Origin: Pelomyxa schiedti
Lineage: Eukaryota; Protista; Evosea
Assembly: GCA_020536535.1 (NCBI GenBank)
Contig: JAHLWZ010000113.1
Location: 62,001-126,000, forward strand
DNA: 64,000 nucleotides
Direction of reading: 5' to 3'
The notes under the pieces were generated by a model. It had not been told where the DNA came from and did not search any database. It worked only from the letters and a program-made list of their open reading frames with translations. This document shows, piece after piece, positions 21,068-34,248 of this stretch (within the stretch, counting starts at the first letter, position 1; each line of letters starts with the position of its first letter). Position numbers and translations under genes: made by a program.

Positions 21068-23474
21068 TTAAATCGAACACGTAGAGAAGTCTGGAACGTC
21101 CATTGGGAGAGAAGAAGCCGGAGGTAAAAGGTCCAGAGTCTCGCCATTGAGAGAAGAGAAGACCCTCCAGAATTCCCTTTGGGTTATAAACTCGAACCTC
21201 TCCCACATTCCTGTGTGAGCCCGCATGTATTTCTCAGTAAAGGGTCCCACTCCTCCCAAAGCCGCCACAACTGTAAACGTTTAGTACTAAAGGTGTGTGT
21301 TAAGTTGGTTGGTACGTGTGGTAATCTTAGAGTCCCAAGTCATGCAAGGGCAGATAGCAGTCCCATCAATGTCAATGGACTCAGTGGAGCCGTAGTTACC
21401 TAAGAGATTGGTGGTTCAACAGAATGCGTGGAAAAAATACTTTGCATTGCTGGGCCAAGAAGCATGGTTTGGTACCACGATAACCCTATTCCTTGGTCGG
21501 CAAGAATAACAGGGAACGCGGCATATGGCGTGACCACCTTGGAGATTGATCAGTTAGTGTTGACTTATTACCGCAATTCTTACTTGAAGATGAGTGACAG
21601 GTTCAAACGCGATTGAGGGGATACCACAGTCACTAATATATGCAAAGGTAGGGGGCTGTACGCTAGGGGCACTTGGTTCAGTAACTGAAGCATACAATCC
21701 TATTTGTTGGTTTGTAGTTGGTACTCTTCATACAGTTAGATGGTATTTGAGAAAGGTAGAACAACCAGGAATGCCATTGATGACCGAATTCCAAGTTCTG
21801 GCTCGTTCTCCATTTAGAAATACTCTTTCAGCAATTTTAATTTTTTGGTAAGGCATCATGAGGTATTTCCACTGTTCGTGTGCTGAGAACCTAAGATGGT
21901 GACAAAGAAATTACAAACGCAATGTTGCCTACCACCAGCCACGGGTGACAGAAATTGTTCCATCAGACGGTGTGCTGAATTCCACCTTTTGTAACTTCTT
22001 TCGTTTTAATACCCACATATCCTCCTTCTCAGAGGGGTCGTCCCACTGACAAAATAAGTCCATGAACCATACAAAGAGCTCTCCTTCGTATGGATCATCC
22101 AAGTAGCAAGGGTCACCACAGTACGGGGTAGTGTAGTAGTTGGAAGGTGTCGGTTGTGCTGATGTATTAACAATGTTTGAAACTGCTCTAACCTAGCATG
22201 TGTTATTTTTACTGGTCAAAACTGAAAGATTGCAACCTGTCCATCACCATCCCAAAACACAGTTCTTGCATTAAGAGCAAGTTTCTGAAGATATTGGTCA
22301 TATCGATCAGCGAGATCAAGGTAACCTACACAGTGTAAAAGATATGATGAAAGAAAGGAGATACCAGTATCAGAAAGAGCTTGGATGATTCCAATTATTC
22401 CCCAAATCATTTCTCCATTGTCTAAAACAATATTAACATTAGAATTCACAACAGAAAAGTACCTAAAGAAGGAACCCTATCCTCAAAATCTTGGAAAATA
22501 TTGTTAGAAGAGCATTCAAATGTTACTTGATTTACCCCATGTTGGGGAGATCCCAGCATCTGTCACATCAAACCACGGAAGGAAGCCTCCAAAGCTGAGA
22601 GCAGAAGGACAAGGTAAAAAAAACAATAAAATAAAAAATGTAGGGTACCCTGGGAAGTTTTTATCAAAGTCCTCTATAGCTTGAATTTTCCTTTCTAAAA
22701 TATCCACTGCTTCATCAGGGGTCATAAGATCAGATACTCTAGTTTAATTCTCAGAAAAAAAAAAGGTTCTGGCCGTAACAGTGAGAAGGGAACCTAGAGT
22801 CACCAGCAAGGACGTAAGCTAAGTATCCCATGTGAACTGATTCTTTCGATGGAGCACTGAATGCCCAGTTTTCAGAGGTAATTTCACCAGTGGTATAGTT
22901 CAATGGCCTCCCGTCTGTTATCCATTATTCTCGTAAGAGAAAAAAAAAAAAAAAAAAAATCAATCATAAACAGAAATACCATATGTCATGCCATTTACAG
23001 CGTTCGAACCCACGCCCCCTGCCATGAAATTGGACTCATAACGGGCCATATCGGCCACGAACAAGTCTCTGGTAGCTTGGTCCGTTTGAACCATAATTGG
23101 GTCGTACTTGTACGCCCATCTGCACGAGTCCAGCCCAAAAACGGTCGCCAAACCTAACTACCCACCCACGTGAGTTCGGCATGTTTAGGGAAAACAAAAA
23201 AAAAAAGGCTCAACTGTGTCGGTACCAAAAAAAGAAGAACCGGACTCATCACCGCCTCTTTTTATTTCTCCTTCGGCTTTTTTTTTCTTGAAGAAGATTT
23301 CTGGTAACGGCCAAAGAAAGATAAAAAAAATCAAAAAACAACAAGGACCAACAAAAAGTACCCACACCATCATCGGGGAGCTAGACAACAAGGACTAACC
23401 CAGAGGTACATCTCCAAACAACACAACCACAAGAAAAAACGATCAACCAACCTCGTCCTCCGAAACTTCAGCAT
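21068..23474 (-). CDS. Secreted endo-beta-1,2-glucanase, GH162 (fungal SGL-like)
   Basis: Signal-like N-terminus. Spliced motifs NGMTYDG, FSAPSKES.H, FPGFGGFLPW, VPSLDNGEMIW, LDDPYEGEL, FSAHEQWKYLMMPY, VTPYAAFP and TWDSKITT, as I recall them from GH162 enzymes. Confidence 0.8.
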
Positions 23475-23650
23475 TCCTCTAACACCAGAGCGCATAAAAA
23501 AAAATTAAAAAAAAATCAAGACGCACTAATCCCCTGTCGTCACTTGACATCTACTAATAGTAACAACCCTCGGATCGTCATCGACAAGCGCCGGCGGAGC
23601 AAGAAAAAAACCCATCCCCGAAAATCCCATTATTTCGAAGCTGCAACGCA

Positions 23651-26600
23651 ATGTCGTCCTCAAGGGTCAGGCACTCACCGCGCAGGCCGTCGACGCGCTC
23701 GCGACCTTCACGAAAGAACTCCGACGACGAAGATTTCGTGGAAGGGTCTGAGGCTGAAGAAGATTCTTCTGATTCTGACTTCGACAGAGAACCACCCCCT
23801 GCTCCGAAACGATCTCGCAAGTTAGTTCTTTCTTTTCACTTTTTCCGCGTTTTCTTTCTTCACTTTTTCTCATAGCTTTTTAAAACCTATCCTCATTCGC
23901 TCTTTCCTTCTTTCTCTCTCTTTCTTGTACCTTTCAAGTTTTTCTTTTGTCTTTTTTTTTTTCCCCTATTCTTTTGTTGCCTCAACGAAATCATTGTATT
24001 AATATGGGTCTTCCCTCCAAAAAAAGCACTAGGCGTAAAGTGGAACCCAAAATAGAGACTAAAATAGAACTCAAGGCAGAGCCACATGTTTCAATGCTAC
24101 CCCCAAAACCAATAACCCAACCAACTGGGGTACTCCACCAAATGGCCCAGAGCCTGGGCCTGGCTGTCCCACTGGGTGCAGCACCTTTCAATGTCAATAC
24201 ACCCCCACCCCCTGTGACAAACACAACTACTCCAACAAACACCACTACTGCGACAGGTACACCTCTGACTAACTTGCCTCCCCCCTCATCACCATCTCCC
24301 CCCAGTCCTCAGAGTGGGTCTGGCGGGGCAACTAACACTGGGGGAGCTGCAAATGGGTCACCTGATAGTCCTAACACTGGTGCACAGGTATCCTCCTGCT
24401 ATCCTTATTCACTTGATCCTTATCACCAACCACATTTCATTTTCTAAAGGGCACGGAAACTGCTGCAGCCTCTGTTCCCACTTCATCTCCAAACACAACT
24501 TCATCTTCAACACCCACACTCCCAAATCCCTCTGTCAATGAACAAGAGGAACAACTACCATTCCAACCCCCAATCAACACTGTACAACAGGTATAATAAA
24601 ACAGGCAGCGTAGTTTCATTGTTTAACTTGTTCAATAGATCCTCAACACTACTGTTGGGAAGTGCCGCATCTTTGTAGTTACACTTGAACACATTAAACT
24701 CAGTCAAAAACGTATTCTTGATCTTCCACCTCTGGATTGTGCTGTAGTATGTTTCCCCTACACACCATCGCCCTAATAACTTGAATGTTTTAGAATTTGG
24801 AAGCCTTATCAAGGCAACATAAGGAATTGTATGATGCTATGGCAGTTGAAACGAGCATGCTTGCTCGGCTTTTTGATGAAATCATTCTTATCCCTGCTGA
24901 GATGCACCATACTAAAAGATTGCAGATGGTATCACTTCTGTTTGTTCTTCTTGGGAATAATTTTTGTAGAACCTAAGCAAATATATGAAGCAACTTGACC
25001 TCTATCAACTCGAACTAATGCACTATATAAGACCTGACACTATTCCCTGGTGCGTTTACCCTTCTATGAGAAACTACCTTGGGTCTTTCTAACTATTTTC
25101 AGTCCGGCGGCGCTTCTTGTTACTGATCAGCCATTTTCCCGCTCGATTGTTAAAGGGCAAACAGTTGCTCTAGAAGCCCAACTTCTACTACCTTCGTCAA
25201 TTGATCTCAAGTAAACTTCCTTATCACCTGGGTTTGTTATTGACTTGGAACACCCAAGAAATGTTGGCCCTGTAGATGCTGATATAGTACAACTTCATGG
25301 TACCTCTAAAAAAGGTGTCAAATGTTCCACACCATCCATTGAAAATGCCTCTGAAACAATTGATACTGAAGGAAAGGTACCCAAATTTACATTTAGATTA
25401 CACTTTTTTCCTGAGGGGTAAATAAGGTGCGGTTTCATCTGCGGTTTCCAGCAGGAACCAATAAAAAGCCTGTGACTCTTCGTCTACATGCAACAATCTC
25501 CTACCACCCACTGAAGTGTCACAATCCTGCCCTTGCAGTAACTACCTGAAAATCAACTAAGCCTTTTTAACAATAAAAAAAAAGCAAGCAGGTACAAGAG
25601 TTGTTGAAAGCAACGCTTCGAGACCATTTATTATTACCACCAATTCCATTCAATGGTGACTTGAACCCTTCTCGTTAGTTGAAGTAACCTTTGCTGCAGG
25701 CGAGATTCTGAAGGGATACTGCTAAAAATGGAGGCGTTTGGAGATGCAACTGAAATTACTTGGGCTAAATTTGCCAACACACTTCAGTCGTATTACCTTG
25801 TAGGGCTTTTGTTACCGCAACTTATTTCTTATTTACACCATCATAGGGAGCCACAAGGCAAAATCCAGAACAGCCTAATAGACCCCTTACACTGAAAGAC
25901 TTCGAGTTTCTCAATAACCTGAAGTTTGATGGAAACACTGTGGTTACTCTGCAAACCTTTGATAACTTTTGGGAGTGGTTTGGTGCTGCTTTAGAAAAGA
26001 TAAGACACCAAAAGAACCTATGTCCTCTCTGGCTAAAAGGGTAAACCAACCCGAGAATTTTCCAAAGATTAACCCAATTCAGGTATATATATGGGTTCAT
26101 TAGCAAAATTGACTCTGAGAAACTCCTCTCCCGATTCGAAGAAGGAAGTTTCCTTATCAGACTAAGTGATAGATTCCCAGGGAAATACGCCTGTGCCTAT
26201 GTATATGATGTGAGTGAGCCTTAGAAGAACCTCGTAGTTACTTGTCATTCTAACTTACATTCTTTAATCAGGGAGTGGTCCGCCACTCGCTGATAAAAGA
26301 TACTGATGTGGCCGGCAACAAAAGAACTCTAGTGGATTTCTTACATGAAATTGATCACGTCCGCATCATAGTACAAGTGAGGTGCGATTTCAATGGTCAT
26401 ATCCAGATCAACAAGTGCATCAAGGTTCGTTTGGCTTTCCCACCCACTACCCACACCCACAATCATAATCCACCGGCGCTTTATTTAGCCTTTTTGTTCC
26501 CCCTATCAGCCCCTAACACTCTCACAGCAAGACATGTTACAAGAATTCCTTTCGGAGAAGCAGGACGTGTGCACCCCTGGATACGAGGAATTTCCACCAC

Positions 26601-26719
26601 CGGGAATGAGACCGGCTCCCAGAGTTATTCAGCCAGATCCGACGACTGTCAGCCCACAACAGTTATTGGCACATGCTGCACTGTATGAGCAGCAACACCA
26701 ACCGCAACAGCAACCGTAA
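23651..26719 (+). CDS. STAT: STAT transcription factor (Dictyostelium type: coiled coil, DNA-binding, linker, SH2, Tyr tail)
   Basis: Spliced motifs QPFSRSIVKGKQL, PFIITTNSIQW..EGILLK.EAF..EITWAKFANTLQ, ATRQNPEQPNRPL, FWEWFG..IRHQK, GYIYGFISK, SH2 GSFLIRLSDRFPG, RHSLIK..KRTLVDFL and C-terminal PGYEEF match Dictyostelium STATa organisation. Confidence 0.92.
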
Positions 26720-27011
26720 AAATAGACAGACAACACGAAAATAGATCAGATAGAACACGCACAGCAAGTCACTTGACACCCACCCCTTCCCCCTACAAAT
26801 ACCGATACAGAATTAAAACCCTTCCACGCAACAGGACTGGCCCACCAAACTGTGATAGCAATAAAAAAAGTTTTTTTGAGAGCAGTTGCTAGCAGATTAA
26901 TTGGCTCGCGACGAACGAGTTTTAATTACGCCGTTCGTTCTTGTGAAAAAAAAAAGGATCTTTTAACGCAAGGAGACACGACAGCCCGCGCCGTCCGGTT
27001 TTTGTTGCAAG

Positions 27012-29391
27012 ATGGGCTTAAAGGACTTCTGGAAGACACTTAAAAAAATGGGGCGGTTTAGTGTTGCGTTGCCACCGGGCTCGTGCGACTTCTTGTACGT
27101 AGATCTTAACTCCTTCCTCCACAACGCTATGAGGGAAAGAAAATCCTACCAACGTAACCCGAATCCGGTCCCTACTACGGATTCCGCTTCCGCTTCCACT
27201 TCTACTTCTACTTCTGCTTCTACTTCTGCTTCTGCTTCTGCTTCTGCTTCTGCTTCTGCTTCTGCTTCTGCTTCTGCTTCTGCTTCTGCTTCTGGTTCGG
27301 CTTCGACTCAGTCTCCTCCGCCACTGAAACAGGTATTGCGTTCCTATAATAAAATACATCATTTTTGCTTCGCCTTACGTGACTTACTCTGTGGTGTAGT
27401 TCGTCCCGCCGTCGGATCTTACTCAAGATGAACGTCGAAAACTGTTTGCTCGATTGGGTTCTAACTTGAGAAACACCCGACCTCGACGTTTATTGTACTT
27501 TGCATTGGATGGTGTGGCGCCAGTTGCAAAAGTGAGGAACCAGGCGCTTCACAGACGTGATCACTTGAGGTTTGCATTATTACCAGCGCCGACGCCTCTG
27601 AAAAACCCTTGCGTTCAGACATCAGCCCCGCTCTGTTGCCATTTCGCCTGGAACAGAAATGATGGCAAACGTTTCCCGGCACCTCCGTAATTGGATTATT
27701 TCTCAGCTTGAAGCAAATCCTACCTGGCATAATCTGTGTGTTATATTGAGTGACAGCAGTGTTCCAGGTGAAGGGGAACAGAAATTTGTCAACTTCATTA
27801 GAGCGCAGTGCGCGTCTCCGCAGTGGTCTCCAGACATCGAACACACAATTTGTTCCAGCGACTCTGATCTCGTACTGCTTATACTTGCAACGCGTGAGCG
27901 AAATGTTGCAATTGCCAGAGAACAAGTATCCCTCCTATTAAGTTGGACTTTTCTAATCCCATCAGGGAGACACTTTCCTCATTGGGCGGCTGACTCCATT
28001 CCTGAAAAAGTACTTTGAAGCCTTTTCACAGAACATTGATATTGAAAAAGTGCTGAATGACTGGGTGTTTCTTGTATTATGCTGGTTTGACAATGACTTC
28101 CTCCCCGGTATTCGGAACGGCGGAGGTTTAAAGCGGGCTATGAAGTTGTATGGGAACTATCTGAAGGAATGTGGCACCCGAATCGAATACCTCACAAATG
28201 AGGGGAAGCTCAATATAAAAGCCCTGGGCGCAATGATCAAGCCCTTTCTGGATAGAGATGTGAAACGTAAAGTTTTTGATCCCAGTTTCTTGAAGACATG
28301 GTGTTCCAGTCATATAAGATCCCTGTGCTGGGTTCTCGATTATTTTACCCAAGGGCACCCATCGTGGGTGGTGTGTATTGACATACTTGTTTTCAATCAA
28401 CCATACGCAGAAAGTAATCCCCCAATGGGAGTATGAATATTCCCGGAGTCCTTCGTTACGTGACCTGGCAAGCCAAATAGGTTCTATGTCGGAGTACCCG
28501 CAGTTTGAACTGGTACCCCGGTGTACACCTCTCGAAGTTCTTACATGTATCACCCCTTTCGAGTGTGTTTCTTTGGTTCCTGAGTGTTACCGCGGTCTTC
28601 TCACTGACGAATCCTCGCCGTTTCGTCGTTTTACTGGCAAAGTCTCCGCCGCAGAAGCAAAGAAACTCCCGGAACACGAAACACTTTCGTATTTGGTGAA
28701 TGCTGTGAAGTCTATACAACTGACTGGCCTATCTGAACAACAACAGAAACTTAACACCTTTGGGTCAGAAACTATATTCTTCTCCTCGCGACACCCACTT
28801 GCCCGACTACTGCCAAAGGACTCTCCCAGTTGTGGGGTGGCTATTCCAAGTGCTCTTCAGAATAAGCTCTCACTTAGTGGTACTCTTTCAGATTTTTCAA
28901 CTGTGAAGTCCGTCATGATGGCAAAGTTCGAGCTTACTCCAGGTTCCCAACAACCGGTCCAAATTCCCAAAGCACCCGCGCCGAGCGCCACCGTGCCTAA
29001 ATTCACCCAACACAGTGAGATGAAGTTTTCCAAGTCAGCTCCAAAGCCACCACCACATGGGGAAGTGAAGTTGCATGTGCCCGTTCCTCAACCTGCCAAA
29101 ACGATCTTGCTACCAACTCGTCTCCAGCGCAAAGCCCCTTCAACACATGACAGCAAAGTGATTTCAANNNNNNNNNNNNNNNNNNNNNNNNNNNNNNNNN
29201 NNNNNNNNNNNNNNNNNNNNNNNNNNNNNNNNNNNNNNNNNNNNNNNNNNNNNNNNNNNNNNNNNNNCCACGCACCACCACGCCCACGACTGAGGTATCT
29301 CAACCGAACCCCAAGCGACCCAGAATATGCACACTCAAAGTCAGACCCGCACCTGGCGAGGTTTTATTTTAGCTCCATCTTCCCCTTGTAG
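27012..29391 (+). CDS. XRN-family 5'-3' exoribonuclease-like protein (divergent, compact)
   Basis: DFLYVDLNSFLH, YFALDGVAPVAK, ISPGTEMM, LSDSSVPGEGEQK, SDSDL, NDFLP, LCWVLDYF..G.PSW, PLEVLTCITP. The 3' end is interrupted by an N gap. Confidence 0.85.
27180..27300 (+). repeat. (TCTGCT)n / (TCTACT)n coding microsatellite encoding a Ser-Ala/Ser-Thr tract
   Basis: Tandem hexamers, directly visible. Confidence 0.95.
29168..29267. other. Assembly gap (100 N)
   Basis: Run of 100 N. Confidence 1.
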
Positions 29392-29456
29392 ATTCGTCTA
29401 AAAATTTCTCTTGTAAACCAAAAAAAAAAAAAAAAAAAAAAAACGCTCCAAGAGAA

Positions 29457-30691
29457 ATGAGCACTGAAGGTCCCACTAGTACGTCGACGACAACGGCAGC
29501 AGCTGAGACGACGAGGCCGGCGACACCACCCCCGCCGAGTGGCGAGGACAGGGCCGACGACGGGGCAGCGGTTGCAGACGAGCTGGGGGAGTGGAGGGCA
29601 CAGGGGCGGAGGGAGGCAAGTGCGAACATGAAGGCGTGGCAGCAGGGATGGACTGACTACTGCGGAGAGTGCGTAGTACACATTACAAATGCCACAGGAA
29701 ACTATATATATAATATGCCACACTAGTCATTTATTGTCTGTAGAGTGTTGTTGGAGGGTGGGCATGTGGGTTATGGTTAATGGAATCTGTAATGTAGAGG
29801 AGGAAATAGGGGTGGGAGTTTTTTTTTTTTTTTTTTTTTCTTAGAATTCTTGACGCCAAGGATACACAAACAAAAAAACGCAGCCGGTGTTGTTATTCTC
29901 CTGCGTGTGCTACTATTCGATGTGACTGCTGTATGTCAGTTCTTACTAGGGGTGCGCCCCCACCAGACCGCTACGTCTGCATGGAGTGTGCGTTGGGGGA
30001 TGAGCCGACGTTGTGCCCGACTTGTTTTGTTGGGGCTGAATTTCCGCACAACCACACCAAATGGTGCCTTGTGACAGCAGAAACTGGTGACCACACCATC
30101 ACAACAAGGACAAATTCGTCAGTCTCTCTTCCCGCCACAAGGAAGAACCTCACCGATTCCGGCAGCTGGCTAGACGAATTCCTCGGGGCGTTCTCAGCCC
30201 TTCATGACTGCTTCGAGACCACATACAACTCAGGAACCACTACCCCCACAACAGCGCCGATTGCCGGCGGTGGCCCAACCACCTCCACCACAAGTGCAGG
30301 AGTGGCCGGGAGTGAGAAGGATGATAAGCAACAGTCATCAGCAAAGCAGGACAGCAAGGACCAACAAAAGGACCAGAAGTCTACACAGGATGACAAGAGT
30401 GGAAGCCCAGATACAGCAGCAACTCCCCCAACGACTTCTTCTTCTTCAGCATCCACATCGACGACCGAGCGGACGATCAGCAGGGCGCAGTTGCGTGCGT
30501 TGCTGACGTCACTGCAGGCGCATGTGCAACTGCCCCCAATTCCGCCTGGTGACGATTCGGCGCTTTTGCTGCCTCAGGTCACGAATTACACTGAGCGGGA
30601 CTGTGCCAATGTCTTGAGGTTGCTTTTGCTGGATCTGCACCCGCAGCAATGGATTCAGAGGCTCATTGCTGCTGCCTACGACTCCTTTTGA
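29457..30691 (+). CDS. ZZ-type zinc finger protein
   Basis: Exon 1 from 29457 splices (phase 2) to the exon at 29884, giving IRCDCC..DRYVCMEC..LCPTCF..HNH, the ZZ finger pattern. Confidence 0.7.
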
Positions 30692-30886
30692 GGGGTTGCC
30701 TTTGTCCTTCCGCGCGACCGATGTTCCTGATTTATGTGAAGTTTTTGAAACGTCCTTGAAAATTCGTTCCCGGGACATCCATCAATGTTCACTTGAACAA
30801 CCGATCACAAAGGAAAAAGCCAGATCCGACGAAAAGACGGGACGTTTGTGTGCCGTGGAAAAAGGCAAACGAAAAACACAGATTGA

Positions 30887-32604
30887 ATGCAGGCGGCCGA
30901 ATCGCCAACGCGGCGTAAGTTGGTGACTCTGGGGCTGGGAATGGCGATGATTTTTTGTGGTTGTGGGACAACAATCACCCTTGATTGCATTGATGCCACA
31001 GAGTGTGTCAGTATTTTCCTGCCTCTCCAACGCTTGAAAATTTTTGTTTTGTGGCATTTGGTCCTTCCTTTTGTTGTTGGTTTTGACATGTGACAGGCTG
31101 GCCTTTCAAAAAGTAATAAGTACTATCTCTATGTAACACGGTTATTTGCAGATCTCCGGGGTGGCAAGGTGATGTGCACTTGTTCTCGCACCCATGGACC
31201 GAGACCCTATTCATGTTTGTGGGTAATCAAATCAGACTTTGTGTTGTCATTGCGTTGCTCACTTATCCACAGGAGAGTCGCTGGCGGTTGGTTTCGCATT
31301 CTACCAAATTGGAGATCACATCAAGTAATTGACTTTTCAATTGTCCTCATTTTGATTTTTGTTGTAGGATTCAGATGAAAGCAACCCTGCAAAGAGAGGT
31401 TCTTACCAACTTGAAGTTATGATTACATTAATCCATCTCAGAAAGCTCAACGCAAGCCTACACTGTTAAACCGAGTTCGGACAGTTTTGAACTGGAAAAT
31501 TTTGGCTCCCACCCTACTGGATTTGCTAAGCAGTGCCCTGGGATGTATGGAGAGTGTTGTAGCGGTATGATTTTTTTGACTAGACTGTCCAGGCATAGGG
31601 CTTCTATACTGTGCAGCCTCCATCTGGCAGATGTTGCGTGGCTCAGTTGTGATTTTTGCTGCAATTATCTCTGTGATCCTTAAGCAACGGCAGCGCTCCT
31701 ACCGTTGGATTGCAGTGGGAATAACAACAGTTGGAATAGTCGTAGCTGGCCTGACTGACGTATTGAACGCCGTTTTTATACATAAATCCTCATCTTCGGG
31801 CATGGCCTCTGCTAGTGTCACCGACCAACTCGTTCCAGAAGTATATCAACATATTTTCGGAATTGTTGTGGTCGTAGTGGCACAAATTCCGCGTGCACTC
31901 AAGTCGGTACTGGAAGAGAAATATCTCAAGATGTATAGATTTATCCCTTCTCAAATTCTTGGAGCTGAAGGAGTGTTTGGCACAGCAACGATGTGCCTTA
32001 TACTACCACTATTATCTGTGATCCCTGGGAAAAATGTTCACTTTCCTTCGCTTCACCTTCGTGTTTTGAAACTCAGGACAGGTATCTCCATTGCCGTATA
32101 ACACATATGAGTGCATTGCTGACGCAGCTCTGCAACTGTGGAACACCCCATGGCTATTAGGGATGGCACTTTTATACATTCTGTTTGCTTTCCTCTATGG
32201 CGTTGTTGCCCTGTATATAACAGGGCGATTGTCAGCAGTGGACCGTACTCTCGTTGATTCATGTAGGACAGTTTTCGTTTGGGCCTGTGATTTGTTCATC
32301 TACTACATTATAAGCAAGCAATATGGTGATCCTTGGACTGTGTTCTCCTGGCTGCAAGGTTGGGATTCCATCTCAGATTACCTTTAACCCATTTCCAGTT
32401 GGGTCATTGGTATTGATGCTATCTGGTACTCTTATCTCCAATGAAGTCATCAAGTTCCCGTGCCTGGATTACACGGCCGACGCACTACCTCCCACCAACT
32501 GGAAGAAGCCACCAACAGACAAAGATCCCCTTTTAAGCAGCGGCACCATCCCCATTCTACCACCTCCGGAACCCCGACGAGACGATCGTGAGTCCGCTCT
32601 GTGA
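30887..32604 (+). CDS. SLC35F6-like drug/metabolite (nucleotide-sugar) transporter
   Basis: FSHPWTETLFMFV|GESL, PTLLDL, ASIWQMLRGSVVIF, VLEEKYLK, GAEGVFG, RTLVDSCRTVFVW; multiple TM helices. Confidence 0.85.
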
Positions 32605-32726
32605 GTGCATAGCGGTACTCTTACCTCCTGTATTTTTTATGCACGAATTCAACAGCGAGTTTTTTTGTTCGTAAGTTGAAAGAAATGGGGAACCCCAACG
32701 AAAAAGGAGAAAAGTGATGTTACGTT

Positions 32727-34248
32727 TTAGTAAGTTCTTTCTACAAGGTAGTCTGCCAAGGCAGTTAAAAATTGAATACCTTCTGTACTGAGGCTGATTG
32801 TTTCCAGGGAAGCTTTTGCCTCCAACACAAGCTGATGAATGCGCTCTTTGACAACTGGTAGGCCATGTTTATTTATAATCCTTGCCGCTTCATGTACGCG
32901 AGCTTCCCATGCCTCGTTTGCAACTCCCTTAGAAGGGTGTTAGGGCGAGTGATTGAAAGCTATGAAGGTCCTACCTGGTTATTGCACGAGGCACTGCACA
33001 GTACTTCTTTCAGTATTGCAACCTCATCAGGTGGTGCCCGGGCAAGGGCAGTTGTAACGAGCATGGTTGCTTTTCCTTGTCTGATGTCGGAAGCAAATTC
33101 TCTCCCTTTTTGACTGTTATCGCTGATGTCGAGCACATCGTCCTGCAACTGAAAGGCGATGGCTGCGGCATGGGCGTATTTGGTGAGACCAGCGAGTTGC
33201 TCCGGAGTTGCACCGGCAATAAGGGCGCCCGTGCACACAGAAAGTTCGAATAGCTTAGCTGTTTTGTAGGCCATCATGTACTCATATGTAGCAGTCCACT
33301 TGGTCAAATCCCGGACTGAATTGCTTTCTGTAGTTGTAGATACTTGTTCAGTCGGTAGCTGGCATCCAACCATGTCGAGCACTTGGCCAAGGTTTACCAC
33401 TGTATAGGCATCCAGAAACCTCCTTTCCAGTTCATTCTGCAAGGATAGGGTCGCGCGTGTCACATCTTCCGTTACGCCAAATGTTACCGGACAGCAAGGT
33501 GTGGTACAACTTGGTGGGAGCGCCGAAGTGGACGATAAACGCAGAGCCTCAGATGTTAAAATGTTGCCAGCCAGTATACCATGTGAAACTGCAAACAAGT
33601 CCTGGGAGTTGTGGAATAAAATGCCTCGGTGCTGTTGTTGGTGTGGGTGCTGCTGTTCCCAGTCGCGAAGAATCTTAGTGAAACACTTTGAGTTAGAAAT
33701 GATACTTTGGCAAGAGAGTAACGGGAGGAAAAAGACAAGTAAAAAAACCTTCCAGACAGTTGGGTTTCCCCTCCTGAGGCTATCTTCATCCATTATGTCA
33801 TCATGGACAAGAGTTGATGTGTGCAGCAGTTCAGCAGCCAGCATTATATTTGCAAGTGAGCGGTTGGCAACATCCTCCTCCAAAGGTGGTGCCGGTTTGT
33901 CAATGTACTTCACAGCCCGATAAGCCATCAAACAAGCTTCATGTTAACGTTTTTAAAATAAAACTGCGTGTTCCAAAAGGCAAAAACTGCCACCACAACA
34001 CCCCATGGTGAAGTAAAGGTAAAAAACAAAAAAACAAAAAAAACCAAACAAAACATACCGGCGGGCCTCAGTCTCTTTCCACCGCAGAGTACGAAACCCT
34101 CCAGAGTTTGGTACAAGTAGCTCACAAATGCGTCGTCGGCACACATGCCGCTGACGATCCCTGGTCTGAGAATGTTGTGGAAGTGCCCCACAATGACGGG
34201 CTGAAAGAGCCCCGCTATTTGGGATAGAGTGCGCACAACGTCACACAT
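32727..34248 (-). CDS. trans-Polyprenyl diphosphate synthase (prokaryotic IdsA/GGPPS-like)
   Basis: GGKRLRP, ELLHTSTLVHDDIMDEDSLRRG (FARM), GQVLDM, YKTAKLF, AFQLQDDVLD (SARM), SDIRQGKATML. Confidence 0.9.

Noticed and set aside
24813-24845. Apparent GC-AG intron in STAT
   Set aside because: The sequence reads through as the coiled-coil exon (NLEALSRQHKELYDAMAVE), so no intron is needed.
26905-26945. Small inverted repeat (acgaacg...cgttcgt) upstream of XRN
   Set aside because: A 7-bp stem is compatible with chance, and there are no RNA-gene features.
27018-27426. Antisense ORFs encoding RS or QK repeats
   Set aside because: Shadow frames of the (TCTGCT)n microsatellite in the XRN gene.
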